Positions 1 through 14,292 of a stretch of 64,000 nt of DNA are shown here, piece by piece. Below the pieces are notes generated by a model, which was not told the DNA's origin, made no database searches, and saw nothing but the letters and a program-made list of their open reading frames with translations. Where the stretch lies: NCBI GenBank assembly GCA_964016885.1, contig OZ024743.1, forward strand, positions 231,694,001-231,758,000, given 5' to 3'. Within the stretch, counting starts at the first letter, position 1. Each line of letters starts with the position of its first letter. The stretch is from Eledone cirrhosa (lineage: Eukaryota). A program made the position numbers and the translations under genes.

Positions 1-934
1 AATGTTTTCTGCTGTCATAAACAAAAGTCGCCGGTTCACAAACCACTTTATTGTTTGAACGATTTAGGTAATAATAAAAAGATTTGATGCAGACGGAAAA
101 TAATCTTTATAAAAATGTCTAATTGTGTCAATTTGATGGCTGTTTTGTCTTTGCCAACAGTAGTACTCTACTCGGTTGTAAATATTGCTGTTAATGTCGT
201 TGTTTTCTAAGCTAGTTATATTTATTAATATTAAATGAAATCTTTGTGAAGTGCTAGAAAACCTCTGGTAAAGAGAGTATGTAGTGCAAAGTCAACACTC
301 GATTGCACCATATCTCTTCAGAAGAGAATACAAATTCAATTAAATCGACCCCAGTACACCACTGGTATATTATTAAATCGATCACGTGAGAGTGAAAGGA
401 AAATTTATCAGATGAGTTTAACGTCACCTTGAATCCTTCTTGTATCGATAAAATGAAGTGCTATTCAAGTAAGAGGTTTAATATAATCGATGTTTCCCTC
501 ACCATTAGGACCACTAAATTAGAAACCATTATTCAGTTGTGTTATCAATTGCTTTCGCCGCTCCGCCGTCCGGATGAGAGGTACTATTGATGTTATTGGA
601 GGTGCTTATGTGGTGGTTGGAGAAGAACAGGATAAGTATTCATGTGTATTTCCATATATATAGAGATTTCGGAAGATACCGAATTTAATTAGTGACCCCT
701 GGCCCAGTCATAGCTCACACTCTCCATGCAATAACAAGTGTGCAGTTAGAATCTGGTCATTGCATTGCAGAGCGATAATAATTAGCTATTTAGTGAGGAA
801 TACTGCAGTTATCAGATATTTGTTACACTGATCTATCTCCTCTACGGAATCTGTTTCATCGCAATCATCCGCCTATCACAGTTATTAGAAGCGTTATAAG
901 TGGATGTTTATATAACATTGGTAAATATTACGTA

Positions 935-1180
935 AGCCTGAGAACATGAATGGGGTGATCAAAAGCTGCTATGGCCAGATGGGGCTACAAGACCGGCCCA
1001 ACCATCTGCAAATGCGGAGAGGAGGACCTCCGATGCAGCACTGCCTTTTTTGCCCTCTACTACTCAACCAGTGCAGTTTAAAAGATCTCGCAATATTTAA
1101 TAATAATGCAAAGGACTGTGTAAAGAAATGGGAAACTGTCACATAAACACATGCTTCGAAGATACGAAAAGAAGAAGAAC
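935..1180 (+). mobile_element. 5'-truncated 3' end of an Ingi/Vingi-like LINE (degenerate C-terminal zinc-knuckle region)
   Basis: Broken frames read SLRT*MG*SKAAMARWGY, then CKCG, then MQHCLFCPLL..C..DL....A..CV..W*. A tail ATACGAAAAGAAGAAGAA follows. Clade assignment is from motif resemblance only. Confidence 0.5.
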
Positions 1181-1444
1181 GTAAGCTGTGCTAATTGTGA
1201 CTCACCAACAGGATGCCCGATGAGAATGTATCGATCTCAAGGGTGTAGTCGATAACCTAGTTCGGTAATTTGCAGATTCTATCAGGTCACCTCCAACATT
1301 GTGGCCTCCAGCATCGAGGCAGAGTGTCGTGAAAAGAAAACCTTCGGTTGCTCTAATTCAAACAGCTAGAATTCACGCCAACAAAAGAACTCATATTCAA
1401 TGAGACACACACAAACACACACACACATGCACACACACACACAT

Positions 1445-1516
<72 letters not shown>

Positions 1517-2169
1517 TCGATAAAATAAGTACATCACTTGAAAATAGAAGCACTGTGATCGATATGATCGACTTAATAGTGTGAGATAAATATGTCTAAG
1601 ATATATATCGATTATACTATTGTTATTCCATACAGTATTGAATTATTCCTTACTATATAGATTTGTTTTCATTCCATACAATGTTGTATTCACATTATTA
1701 CATACAATAATCTTCTATAAATTATTGTGTTTATACTATTCTATACAATACTGTATTTCAGTCGTCATTCTATATAATGTTATATCCGTATTATTTCCTG
1801 AGATATTTTTTCCATATCATTCCAACAATAATTTCCTTATCAACCCATACAATAGTGTAAGTTATTCCATACATTATTGTATTCTTGATATCATAATTGT
1901 TTTTTTTTTATTTCTGGCAAGTGACGTGATCGATGATCATGTTTTGAAATTCTCGATTTTACAACATACAAGAATCATTTTATCCATTGAAAACACACTT
2001 GATATATATTATTTATCTATTGGTATAAGTGAACAGTACAGCCAACATTTTGACACTAAAATGATAACTATAAAGCAGACCTGTCAACAGTTTCCGTTCG
2101 ACGGGGAGATCTCCAACCCACTTTAGGATGGGTGAGAGGTGTCTTCTCTTATGAAAATACGTATAGCTT

Positions 2170-2280
2170 TCATCCCGCCGAGGTTAACTTTGCTTTTCAT
2201 CCTGACGGGGTCGATAAAATAAAGTACCAGTAATGCACTGGGTATTTGCTCGCCTCGTGTCAAAAAGCAGAAACAATTTT
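2170..2280 (+). mobile_element. SINE fragment (family with core TTAACTTTGCCTTTCATCCTTACGGGGTCGATAAAATAAAGTACCAG)
   Basis: The same core recurs at about 3795-3940, 27790-27935, 28330-28455, 28468-28615, 40585-40690 and 45145-45260. Confidence 0.75.
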
Positions 2281-3739
2281 GTAAATTCTCCCCACTTTAC
2301 GTCATTTCTCGCTGTTTTGGGACACCTGTTTTCATGGAACTCCCCTTTTGGGTTTTTAGAAGTCTGCTGTAAAGTGATGTTATCAGTTTCTGTGTGTGTT
2401 TCAATGACTAAAATAACTGTATTCCTCTAATATTTGTTTTCACTGGTAGCTATGCAATATTGTATTCTAGTTCATCAGTACAATATTGTACTTGATATTT
2501 CCATATTCTCATAATTTTTCTTACCCATATTAAGTACATTACACCTTAACATATATCACAAAGTGTTTTGTATCTCAAAATTCGCAATGAGGCGGTATTT
2601 CATTGAAAAAAAACATTCCCTCTTCTTCAGTGGATTGGTTCCTCGATGAAGTCGCTATGGTGACAAGACAAACTTAATACAATTAGCTATTTTTGATACG
2701 GTTACCTAACTTTTTGGCAATATATTGTGTGACTTAGCAGAAATATTTGAGTTATATTTCTTTTATTATTGTTATTCTTGTTCACTACTTTGCCAACACT
2801 GAATTATTTGACATATGATTAGAACTGTTCTGATCTTCAAACGGTCTGACTTATGGCTCCAAAACAGCGGTTGTATGACATCATCTTATTTTCATTTCCC
2901 TCAGTTAACTGAGATAGGGCAGCTATTCTTGGCAGATTGAGAGACCAGATAGAATCTCTTTCAATGATGGGACATTTATTTATTTATTTAATTATTGTTT
3001 GTTTCTAGTTTTTTTTTTGTTGTTTCTTTGTTTGTATGTTTTTTTTTTTTTTTTGTTTTTTTTTTTTTTTCAGAATATATTATACATATGCTTTTAAAGA
3101 TTTAAAACATGTTTTCGCTCACATTTCTCCTATGTTTCTTTTTCCATTTGTCCTGTCGAACTTCATTGATGTTTAGAGAAGACAAAAATGTCAAGAATAT
3201 TGTATACTTGTATATCCAACACCGAAGTACTTTGATGAAATATTTGCTAGTTTCTGTAAAAATATCTATTTTTCTCCGCATCCAATTATAAAGTTCTATG
3301 CCTCTTTTATTACTCGCCATGCAGAATCAATTAAGATATAAAGAGACCGAGTGTATTTATACGATATTAACAGAAACAAAACTATCCACCATAAAATACC
3401 AGAAGGAAAATATTCTACATATATTGATTTGTTTTATCTAATAATACATGCCTCACATTTTTCTCGAGAAAGAATTGTGAACTATGACACAAAGACTTAC
3501 TTTCAAACATTGAATTCAAAGTGTTCGGAAAGTACTTCGAATATGGAATGCTGGGTATATTTGTTTGGCCGTAAATTTCCTATTTATTCTACAATGGTAA
3601 CTATGAGACATTTTCTTCTTTTTCATACTGTAATGTATATTCGGTCTAATTCTATATTTAGATATGTTTCTTTATATTTAGATAGTGAAGGCGCATGTAT
3701 TGGTGGTTATTATTTACGACTCACAAGATGGTAGACTGA

Positions 3740-3945
3740 CAGTATCAGTAGTGTGTTATAGCACATGCTTTCGGCATCGGGTTATGTCCCTTTACTAACT
3801 GAGTTCTAATCCCGCCAATGTTAGCTTTGCCTTTCATCCGTATGGAGTCGATAAAATAAAGCCACAGTAATGCACTGGGGTTGATTTAATCAACTTCCCT
3901 TCCCCAAAAATTGTTGACCTTGTTCCTACACCAGAAACCATTATT
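3740..3945 (+). mobile_element. SINE, same family as 2170-2280
   Basis: CTGAGTTCTAATCCCGCC (B-box-like), then GCCTTTCATCC..GTCGATAAAATAAAG..CAGTAATGCACTGGGG. Confidence 0.7.
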
Positions 3946-4029
3946 TACGGCAATCATGTTCACGATCATGTTTATGAGTTCGATTCCTGGCGGCGCAGTC
4001 AATCCTTCAATAAAACATGTTATACTGTT

Positions 4030-5160
4030 CTATATTTTTGAGATGAGGAATTATTTACATTATATATATTGGACGGATAGGTGTCCTCATCTTGTTTTGT
4101 TGTTAACACAACGTTTCGGCTGATATACCCTCAAGTTTTCATCAGGCGTCCTAGTGATGTTATTATTAACGTTTGTTCAAGTCCCTGGCTAGAATTGAAT
4201 TCAGAATCTTGAGGTTAGTAGCCCGCTTTTTAACCACTTTTTTTTTTTTCAAAGTGAGTTTTTTTTTTCTCGTGAATTTTTAGGGCTTATAAACTGATAT
4301 TTTCTATCCTTCCTCAATACCTGTTCCCATATACAACTCATATCTGCACTGGGTCTGCTTAGGAGGTTATTGTGTCCTAGCAAATGTACTGCCTCTTTTA
4401 GTTTTCGTGTTTTTCAGTGGTGTTTTCTGTCTATTATTTTAACTTCATCCCACAGGAGAAGGTGGTCTACGTTTTTCCATACATGATCAGCTATACCCGA
4501 TTTATCGATCTCTCTTCGTGTCACAGCTTTACGATGTTCTTCTACCCTTATTTTGAGGGGGGCAGCCTGTTTCGCCTTTGTATAACCTACCACAACTGCA
4601 TGGTATGGAGTACACGCAGTCTTTGGACATATTCTCTTCTATTGGTGGTTCTACTGGAAGGAGATATTTGCGAAGTATTGTATTACTCTTGAGTACTGTC
4701 CTGATGTCATATGGACCGCATATCTTTTGTATCTTTTCCAAGAGGCTATTTACATAGGGTAGACAGACTGTGATCAATTTATGGGTTTCATCCTCTCTCG
4801 CCTTACTAATTGGAGTGGATAGTATGTTTTTTGGATAGTTGTTGCTTAACAAATTGTTACTTAGCTTGATCATTTCTTCGTGGTGTGTATCAGGATCGCT
4901 ACTTATATTCTTTGCTCGATGTTTTAGGCACTGAACCATCCCTCTCTTTACACTGTATGGATGGTGGGAATTGTAGTTGAGGTATCGTCCAGTGAAGATT
5001 GCTTGCGGATGTCTTGAACCAATACTCAGTGCGTGTTATTAATACATCCAGGAATGTTGGCTGATTGTCTTTTTCTTTTTCCAATGTGAACTGTATGGAT
5101 GGCTTTATTGAATTCACATAATCTACCAGTACGTGGACCTCTTCCTGGTGGGGCCATGGT
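4030..5160 (-). mobile_element. Degraded Penelope-like element (Penelope/Poseidon type): RT C-terminus, GIY-YIG endonuclease and 3' region with an HHR-like motif
   Basis: ORF 4899-5117 reads IQFTLEKEKDNQPTFLDVLITR. ORF 4529-4939 reads NNYP..LPYV..CVYSIPCSCGRLYKGETG. The minus strand carries CTGATGA (4145-4139) and CAGCCGAAACGTTG (about 4122-4109). Confidence 0.8.
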
Positions 5161-5231
5161 ATTTAACATCAGGCCATTCCACTCAGCTTAAACAAATGGG
5201 TTGTAACTGTAATACAATACTCTAACCACTC

Positions 5232-5442
5232 AGGTGGCTAAGTGATTAGAGTATTGGTTTCGCAATTGTGAGGTTGTGAGTTCCATTCCTGAACCGAGTG
5301 ATGCGTTATGTCCTTGAACAAGACACTTTATTTCATGCTGCTCCTTCTACCTGGAGTTGCGACCGATAGAGAGTATTAGCAATTGGAAAGACCAACGGAA
5401 ACATTGCTTCCTCGGTCCGATTTGACGAAAGTCGATCGATTA
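5232..5442 (+). mobile_element. tRNA-derived SINE
   Basis: A-box-like GTGGCTAAGTGATTAGAG, B-box-like GAGTTCCATTCC and central GTCCTTGAACAAGACACTTTATTTCA. A close copy lies on the - strand at about 45738-45946. Confidence 0.75.
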
Positions 5443-7256
5443 AAAAAATATATATATATGAATTTAACATAAGTAGATGAAGGAGGCGCGCAGATTACGG
5501 ATGATAATATAATGCTCGCAACAAGCTAAAAGTCACAGTAGTCATTGTCAGTGGTCAGAAATGTGTACAGCGCACCACTAAAAACCAAAAGCACACACAC
5601 ACACACAGATACATAAAAGCTGAATGTGTATTGATATGTATTAAAGCGCCCAGGACAACCGTCAAGTATCTGGTCAGCCCTCTTTTCTTTGTTGTATTTC
5701 GGTAAGGGGGGTAACCCATCTATCCACAGGTTATTGGACAAAAACCTAAGTGGCCAATTCCTCTGACACACACACACATACACTCATTCCCACATGCACA
5801 TGTTTGTGTGTTACATTCACTTCTTAAAACGTTGTTTATCAAACGAGTCTCATATTTTGCCAGAGATTTATAATGTTCCCATTTTCCCCTTTTTAATATG
5901 AGTGCATTGCAATGAACACAAGCCTGCGCCTTGGGTATATCCAGTTTACTTCCAATTCATTGAATTCATATTTTAATATTTGCGCAGTTATTAGGACTAC
6001 CACATAAATAAGTACATAGTATAAAAATATTAGTTCTGCTTATTTGGTCTTGCATTAATCTATGTCATTCCTTTTACACTCATTAGTAAGTTGATTGGTT
6101 TGTTGTCAAAATACTATTAATCTAGATATATATATGTTTAACGTTCGTTATATTTGGTCAGGTTTTCAAATTATGTTAGAAATAGGTTGTTGTTTCAGGC
6201 GATTCATACACAGACTTTCTCAATCTCTCAATACATTGTCTTGGATTTGTAGCTACAATTCTCGCAGTGAGCGACCAGAGAGCCACATAGTCTTCTCATA
6301 TCATATATCTATCTCATTTGATATTTATGTTCCTAGCTTACTCAAGTTGTTTCTATTTTTTTTTTTTTTTTTTTTTCGTGAATTAGTGAGTGAGCTATTT
6401 CTTGCGTTACCTTTTACTACTTTCATCCTATCAAACGTTTTATTTTTATTTTTATTCTACACGTGGCCTGAGCAATTGCTGGCCTCCGTTCTTTGGGAAA
6501 TAATATTTTTCTAGACTTTTAAGATGTCTATGGATGTTTGGGAGCTCCTGACTTTATTGCCGATGTTAATAAACGGCAAATGGAGAATTCTGCTGCATGA
6601 AATGGTACCATTTAGGGCTTATAAAAATTTAGCGACTAGGTAAGTGAAATATTTTACTGTCTCTCTGTTGTTTAACATGATTGTATTGTTCTCTGCAAAG
6701 TACTAGCTATGTGGTTTCCTATGATATTGACTGTGTGCAACTGCTCTGAGATACTGGAATGTTTTCTTCAATTCTCTCGTTGAACGATCATAGTTGACAT
6801 AATTACGCTGTAATTATATCAACGAAGCCATCAGTGTTTCCTTCTTGACATTTTATGCAACACTGAAGGAAAAATGAGAACGTGAGAGGGAGAAGATAGA
6901 GATAACCTTTCCACTAATAGATAACTAGTATTTCATTTATCAATCCCAAACGGCTGAGTAACAAACAGCCTAGGGAAAATTTGAGCGTAGAAATCACTAT
7001 TCCAAAACATTTCTGCCTTTCATATTAAAATGATCTACTTTATCTTTTACTGAGACCGTATCACCCTATGTGGAGAATAGTTAGAGTTTACCAATGTCGG
7101 ATCACATGGCTGTGACTGTGATGACGAAGAAAATCTTCGTTGTAGATGTGTATGCTAAAACCAGTAGTTGAATATATTGCTACACCGATATGGAGATGAT
7201 GTATACATTGCTAATGTATATAACAATGAAAATGTAGTTATTTGTGCATATATATA

Positions 7257-7453
7257 TAGGAAACGAGTCAGGACCCGGACAGCTGAGCTCCAGCCGTTTC
7301 GACAGCTAGATCCGAACTGCGTCAACAATCTACCTGTCGAAACGACCGGAGCTCAGCCGTCCGGGTCCTGACTGTTTTCCTTGTACTCACTTTATCCTAA
7401 TATCGAGTCCTCTGGTGCGTTATGGTGCACCTGGTATCTTACCATATCTTCTT

Positions 7454-7459
<6 letters not shown>
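7257..7459 (+). mobile_element. Family-A fold-back mini-element (divergent subfamily) in (TA)n
   Basis: Inverted arms AGGAAACGAGTCAGGACCCGGAC.. / ..GTCCGGGTCCTGACTGTTTTCCT, a GTCGAAACG HHR 3' half, and the family tail CTCTGGTGCGTTATGGTGCACCTGG. TA runs on both sides. Confidence 0.7.
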
Positions 7460-7493
<34 letters not shown>

Positions 7494-8273
7494 TTGACGG
7501 ATGAGCGAATACACCGCTCAATACCGAAGTAGGGTTTTAATATTCATTGTATTAAGGGTAAATAGTGAGGCTAAAGACCCTGTGATAATAGGAGAAAGAG
7601 CAGAGAAACAGGGTTCATATGTATATTCAAACAGGTTTACCAATGGGAAAATCAATTTTTAGCGTAAAAAAACATATTTATTCCTTCGCTCATGTTTCAA
7701 AGGAGTTCTACATAAAATTGTTTTAAAGGTGAAGAAACATTTCGAATAAACTGTGTCTATATATAGGCGTAGATTTATAGGCATACCTGTAAATTCCCTC
7801 TCCTTGCAGCGGTTATAAATGTTTCAAAATAAATAGGAGTGTGAGTGAAATATCAATTTTACATTTGGGAGGATTCATGCATCATTAGTATAGTGTATAT
7901 ATTAAAAAATATTTTCTACGTGGTCCGTTTATTAACATTTTGCAAACTCTAAAGAGATACAAAATAAATAAAAACGTTTATTCAAAAAGAAAAAGAATTA
8001 CTTATAATCACGGTTGATAATTCATGAAATTAACCCCATCCGTATTTTTATCCTGGGGGTTAAGTAAACCAATTTAAAATGAATAGTATTTATAACCTAA
8101 TAGAACATTTAAATAGGGGTACATCCCCAGATGCTCCTATACACATTTACATATATTCAAATAGACAGTTGTAACCACACTGAAATACTATCATCGCTAT
8201 ATGCTCACCCATACAGGGAAGTGTTTAGCAATATATAACTGCGCATAAGTTTATATTCGCATTTCTGTTAATG

Positions 8274-10371
8274 TGTAGCGAAATCTGTCCACGCCTTGAA
8301 CTTTGGGTGACACCTAAAGGTCAAACTCTAGATCACCACCCTTTTGGTGTGAATAGGTTCATGCGTGAGCTATCCCCTTAAGGTGGGAGACATAAATCGA
8401 CAGGTATATAAAGCCTGTATTTTCCCACCTTAGAAACAGAGAGATCGGAGCACCACGATACAGACAAGCTATGTGAAAGTTTCACCGCTACCTTCAGGCT
8501 GCAGAGGTCTACAGACATACAGAGAGATCGGAGCATTACGCTAGCAACAAGCTATCTAAAGATTAACCGCTACATTCAGGCCGCAGAGTTCTATAGACCA
8601 TTATCTCTCTCTCCTGGTCGCAGACTACACCAGCCTCATGAACCAACAACAAAATGACATTGTCAACCTTCGCAACTCGTGGTAACTTGTTTATTGTTCT
8701 GTTTGACTGAAGTGAAGTTAACCTATATATACAAAGTAAATCCTTATTCTTGTTAATCCAACTAACTGCTAATATTCTTCGTTAAATTGGTGAACTCGAC
8801 GTGATAAAAAAAAATACGAAGTGGTATTTAAAAAAAAGAAAACATTAACAATTTTCGCAGCAATATATAATTACCAAGATTATCATCTATAAGGTACGAT
8901 ATGATAAAACTTCACCTTTTCAAATTATTCACCAAACTTCCATTCTACGGAATATTTACAGTGACTTCGCTTTGATGTTTCGATTCATTACCAAACACAT
9001 CACCACGTGCTTCGTAATCAACATCTACAACAACAACTACTACCTCCTTAGCAAGAAAACGATCACATAAAGAAGAGAAGACTGAACTTTTTGTAAAGAA
9101 CAATTATATAAATAATTTTTTTTTTTTAACAGGTTATATATGAACATTCATTTTTTTTTATTTTCTTTTTTACTGTATTATATGCCTGTGTGAACATACA
9201 CGTTTTGCATCGAACACATCATTTTCTTTGTCACACCAACATGCTTTTGTCTATGGTATATTATGGATTCGGTTGGGTTTCTGCGAGATCACTTTTCAAC
9301 TGGTCGTGGTTCGGCAACAGCTATTAAACACATAACAAACAACCCACGGTTACTACTCGCTTGGACTCACTCAAGCACGCAACTCAAAATTGCACACACT
9401 CATGTCATAGAATAAACCTCGTCTCACTGGAAAAGCATCTTACGTATGATGATTCATCGAGATTCAACGGGTCGAGGTTCGCCAACAGTTATTAAACACA
9501 GGATAAACAACCCACGGGTACACGCCTGGACTTACTCAGGCACGCCTGGATTCACTCAAGCACGCAACTCAAAATTGCACACACTCATGTCATAGCGTAA
9601 ACCTCGACTCACTGGAAGAGAATCTTACGTATGATGATACATCGAGAGAAATAGTCATCTGTGTGATCATATCGTAATCCGATACCGTAACCCCAACGTC
9701 CATGCATATACAACAGTACGAAATACATTATCACAACTTTGTATATTTACAGTTTCTTCTAAATTTTACACACACACATGCATACACCGTTTAAGTATTT
9801 TTGTTTCTCTCTCCAAATTTCTCTGCACTCGAAATGCGGACACAGTACCCACATTTTGTGTGGTTTGGGACACGCTTCTAGAATCAGAGTTCACTACCCC
9901 TTTTATAATCGATCGCTGCTCCTGCATCGATCTGTGTAGGGAACTAATGTAGTGAAATCTGTCCTTGAACCTGGGGTGACACCTAAAGGTCAAACTACAG
10001 GTCCCCACCGTTTTGGTGTGAACAGGTTCATGCGTGTCTATCCCCTCCAGGTGCGAGGCAGAAAGCGACAAGTATATAACGCCTATATTTTCCCACCTTA
10101 GAAACAGAGAGATAGGAACACCACGATACAGACAAGCTATGTGAAAGATTCACCGCTACCGCAGATGTACAGACCATTATCTCTCTCCTGGTCGCAGACT
10201 ACACCAACCTCATGAACCAACAACAAAATAACATTGTTAACCTCCGCAACACGTGGTAACTTGTTTGTTGTTCTTTTTGATTGAAGTGAAGTAAACCTTT
10301 TTATATATTAAGGAAATAATTTGTTCATGTTATAATCACTCTAATAACCACTACTAATACCTTTCGTTAAA
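8274..10371 (+). mobile_element. Non-coding LTR retroelement (TRIM/LARD-like or internally deleted): LTRs 8274-8786 and 9948-10371, tRNA-Trp-like PBS 8788-8805
   Basis: Two diverged direct repeats start TGTAG(C/T)GAAATCTGTCC and end TTCGTTAAA. TGGTGAACTCGACGTGAT follows LTR1, 2 mismatches from TGGTGACCCCGACGTGAT, the complement of the tRNA-Trp 3' end. AGGGAAC precedes LTR2. Flanks are AATG/TATG. No gag/pol ORF is visible. Confidence 0.75.
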
Positions 10372-10620
10372 TATGTACAACATAGCTGATAGTGCATACA
10401 TACATGTCTATTTGATTCAGAATCCGTTCAATTTGCTTATGCATCATACAGGTTAGTAGAAAGGGTAGATTTCCTGGTGGGTTGTTGTAGGAAATTGTAG
10501 AAATTAACCCACCTGACAAAATAAGGATATAAGCAATCGTTATCTAAAAATATACATAGAAATATTAGAAATGTCGCCCAGAGATAACTGCGTTCGTATA
10601 TATCATCCTATCTCATAGTG

Positions 10621-11553
<933 letters not shown>

Positions 11554-11707
11554 AATAAAATGAAAACGAAATTTCATTTCTCACTCTTAGTACGGCACTT
11601 ACTTAAATGTAAGTATGTATGTATATATGTATATGTATATGCATGCTACTGTACGTCTGTATAAATATATGTATGTACGTATACATACATACTTACATTT
11701 ATATATA

Positions 11708-11769
<62 letters not shown>

Positions 11770-11772
<3 letters not shown>

Positions 11773-13348
11773 ATAATAATAAATTTGAAGACTAAAATCC
11801 AAAGAGGGCTCGATAAGGATAAATATATATCAAATATATAAGAACCGTAGAGCAAATATTTATTAAAATAACTGATTAAAGTTTAAGCAAAGAATCGCTG
11901 CTTTCACCCTTAACGGGATCTTCTGAAACTAACAAAGTCAATCTGTAAACGCAGAACTGGATATTTCAAAAAACGTTGCAACCGGAGGAAGACATGAAGA
12001 CGATACTTTGGTTCGTGGAAACGTTCGCTGGCAAACAACGGGAAAAAACGAATAATACGTCATTAATAGGAGCGGTGAAAAACAATTACGCGCAAAGACA
12101 GAACCACGTTTATGGTATAAAAGAGGTCGGAGACTAATGTTCTCTTAAGTGGTGCATAGAGACTTTCTCTGGCAATGAACGAAAAAACGAAGATAACACG
12201 TCATATGTGGATCGTGGAGAACAATAGCACGCCAAGACAAAACCACGTAAATGGTATAGCAGAAGTCGTAGACTAAAACTCTAACTAGGAGACCAAATGA
12301 ATCTCCGCTAGAGAGTTAAGAACAAAGTAAATAAATACAATACAGAAGTAATAGAAATAAATAAATACATACACGCAAACAAATACGTAGATACACAAGC
12401 ATACGCAAAACCTTACCATAGGTATACAAAACCACGCACATATAAATATGTGTGTGTGTGTATGCGTGTATACAAATAAATAAATAATTATATAAACGTA
12501 TAAGAATAAATAAATACGTATATAACAAGCGCACACACATACCTACATATAAATACACGAATTTTCGGAGACGTAAGTCAACTAAAACAAGAAGTACACA
12601 TATACACACACCCACCATACGTACGAACCTGCATACTCACACAGACGTAAAACTCCCGTATACACATAGCCAAACCCTATGTACCAGAAATATAAAATTA
12701 TACGCCATAAGAATCAAATATACGTACGAGAAGGTATACGTACCTTCACAAAACATACGGGTAATATATACTTACCTATGCAAATAAGTAAAGGAATAAA
12801 CAAAACATATACTTAGCTCCCACATCAAGACGTAAAATATCCACGTATAGATCGTACTATCCGTTAGGGTATAACGTGGGGCTGTAATACAGGAAAGTTT
12901 TGTGCAATTTATGTTTACAAGCCGAAATTGCCTCAGATTTTTTGTTTAAGATGTGGTCTGTGGCGTAGAATATTTACAGGGCCTCAGCGGCGCAGAGGTC
13001 ACAAGGTCTTTTATTTCCGTTATACGATATAGCCCTAGCTAGGATCTCCCAGTGTAACTTATATTGTGTGTGGTTGTCTTTTAGACTCCAACTATAAGCT
13101 GAAAGTGACGTCATATTCCTTCTTAGAGGGTAACGAAAAGAATGGGTATGCATGTAAAGACGCTGCTTTAAACTATTGGCGGTTAACCCTATGTAGGCCC
13201 TATGGGACGTGGGTGTTACAACCTTACATTTGTAGACAATTTCATCATGCAGAAACATCTGAATATTTCTACAAAGAACATACCCGTACCAAGCAGGAAA
13301 ACATACCTAAAACTCCTGATACAGAAAACAGACGTGTTCATTAAAAGG
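11770..13348 (-). mobile_element. Naiad-type Penelope-like element fragment: GIY-YIG domain (-, about 12890-13240) and 3' non-coding region, joined to an inverted ORF N-terminus (+, 13247-13348)
   Basis: Minus strand: IVYKCKV..YIGLTANSLKQRLYMHTHSF..TSLSAYSWSLKD..WEIL..CDLCAAEAL*IFY..LNKKSEAISACKH. Plus strand: MQKHLNISTKNIPVPSRKTYLKLLIQKTDVFIKR. Both match motifs I recognise from Naiad PLE ORFs. (TA)n lies on both sides. Confidence 0.75.
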
Positions 13349-13406
<58 letters not shown>

Positions 13407-13431
13407 TATATATATATATATATATAAATAT

Positions 13432-14261
13432 AAATGCTGTTTTCGACGGACCAACTCCTAAACAAGAAAGATGAACTGGTTACTGCATGTAAACATAGAT
13501 TGCGTAGGACTTACCTCGCCCTCAAACCCCATAATGACCCGGGGGGGTAGACTAGGGCTATAACACCCCACTTGCCGATTTTGCAATGGGTTACCCCTGC
13601 TTGCCAAGGAAGACGTAAGATCTTCTTTGTATTCTTTTATCGCTTCCTTTATTTCCTTCCCCCCTCTCTCCCTTGTCCTTCTACCCCAGCTCCTTTGTCG
13701 GCGTCTTTTCTCGCCCACCCGAGGCTGCCCTTTGGCCCCATGTAGCCTTAGTACCCCCACCACCCCCTCCCCTAGTCTATGATAGATTTGGCAGACTCCG
13801 CCCTTTATAGCAGTTGGCTTAGACCCCGGATACTTGCCCCCTTTTTCCGACCGCTCCCACTATTCTCTGTGCCCTCTATATTTCTTAGTGGCACTTATGC
13901 CTTATTTTTTCGTTTCAGTATTTCTTGCTTCGCTTTTCTTCTGGGCGGGGTGGATTCTGAATTTATTTCTCCGTATTCTACCTTTATTTCGTACGAACCT
14001 TCATGTAGCTTGTTTTAGATCTTTTAGAGTTAGCATTAGTATATATTTTTCTCGGGACTCAGAATTATTATCTCGTACAAGTTCACTTTGATGCACTGGG
14101 TCGTTGCGGGCCCGGGATGGAAGCCTTTATTGTTTATTTCGTGGTAGTCTCTTTAGTATTTTGGCCCCTTTTGTTGACCCGTCACCGTATCATTTACGTA
14201 CTTATACCTCTTAAAAGGGTCCTTGCCTTATCCGTCCCACCTAGTTCTTTTACTTATTTCG

Positions 14262-14292
<31 letters not shown>

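Noticed and set aside
1620-2126. 168-aa hydrophobic ORF
   Set aside because: Built from degenerate AT-rich short repeats (TATTCCATACA-like), with a non-ATG start and no recognisable domain.
5232-5300. tRNA-like sequences here and at 19587, 45880 and 53270
   Set aside because: They are SINE heads continuing into shared SINE bodies, with no intact cloverleaf evident.
12890-13240. Selenocysteine-encoding Naiad endonuclease
   Set aside because: The visible Cys motifs use normal codons and the one internal stop is TAA, not TGA.
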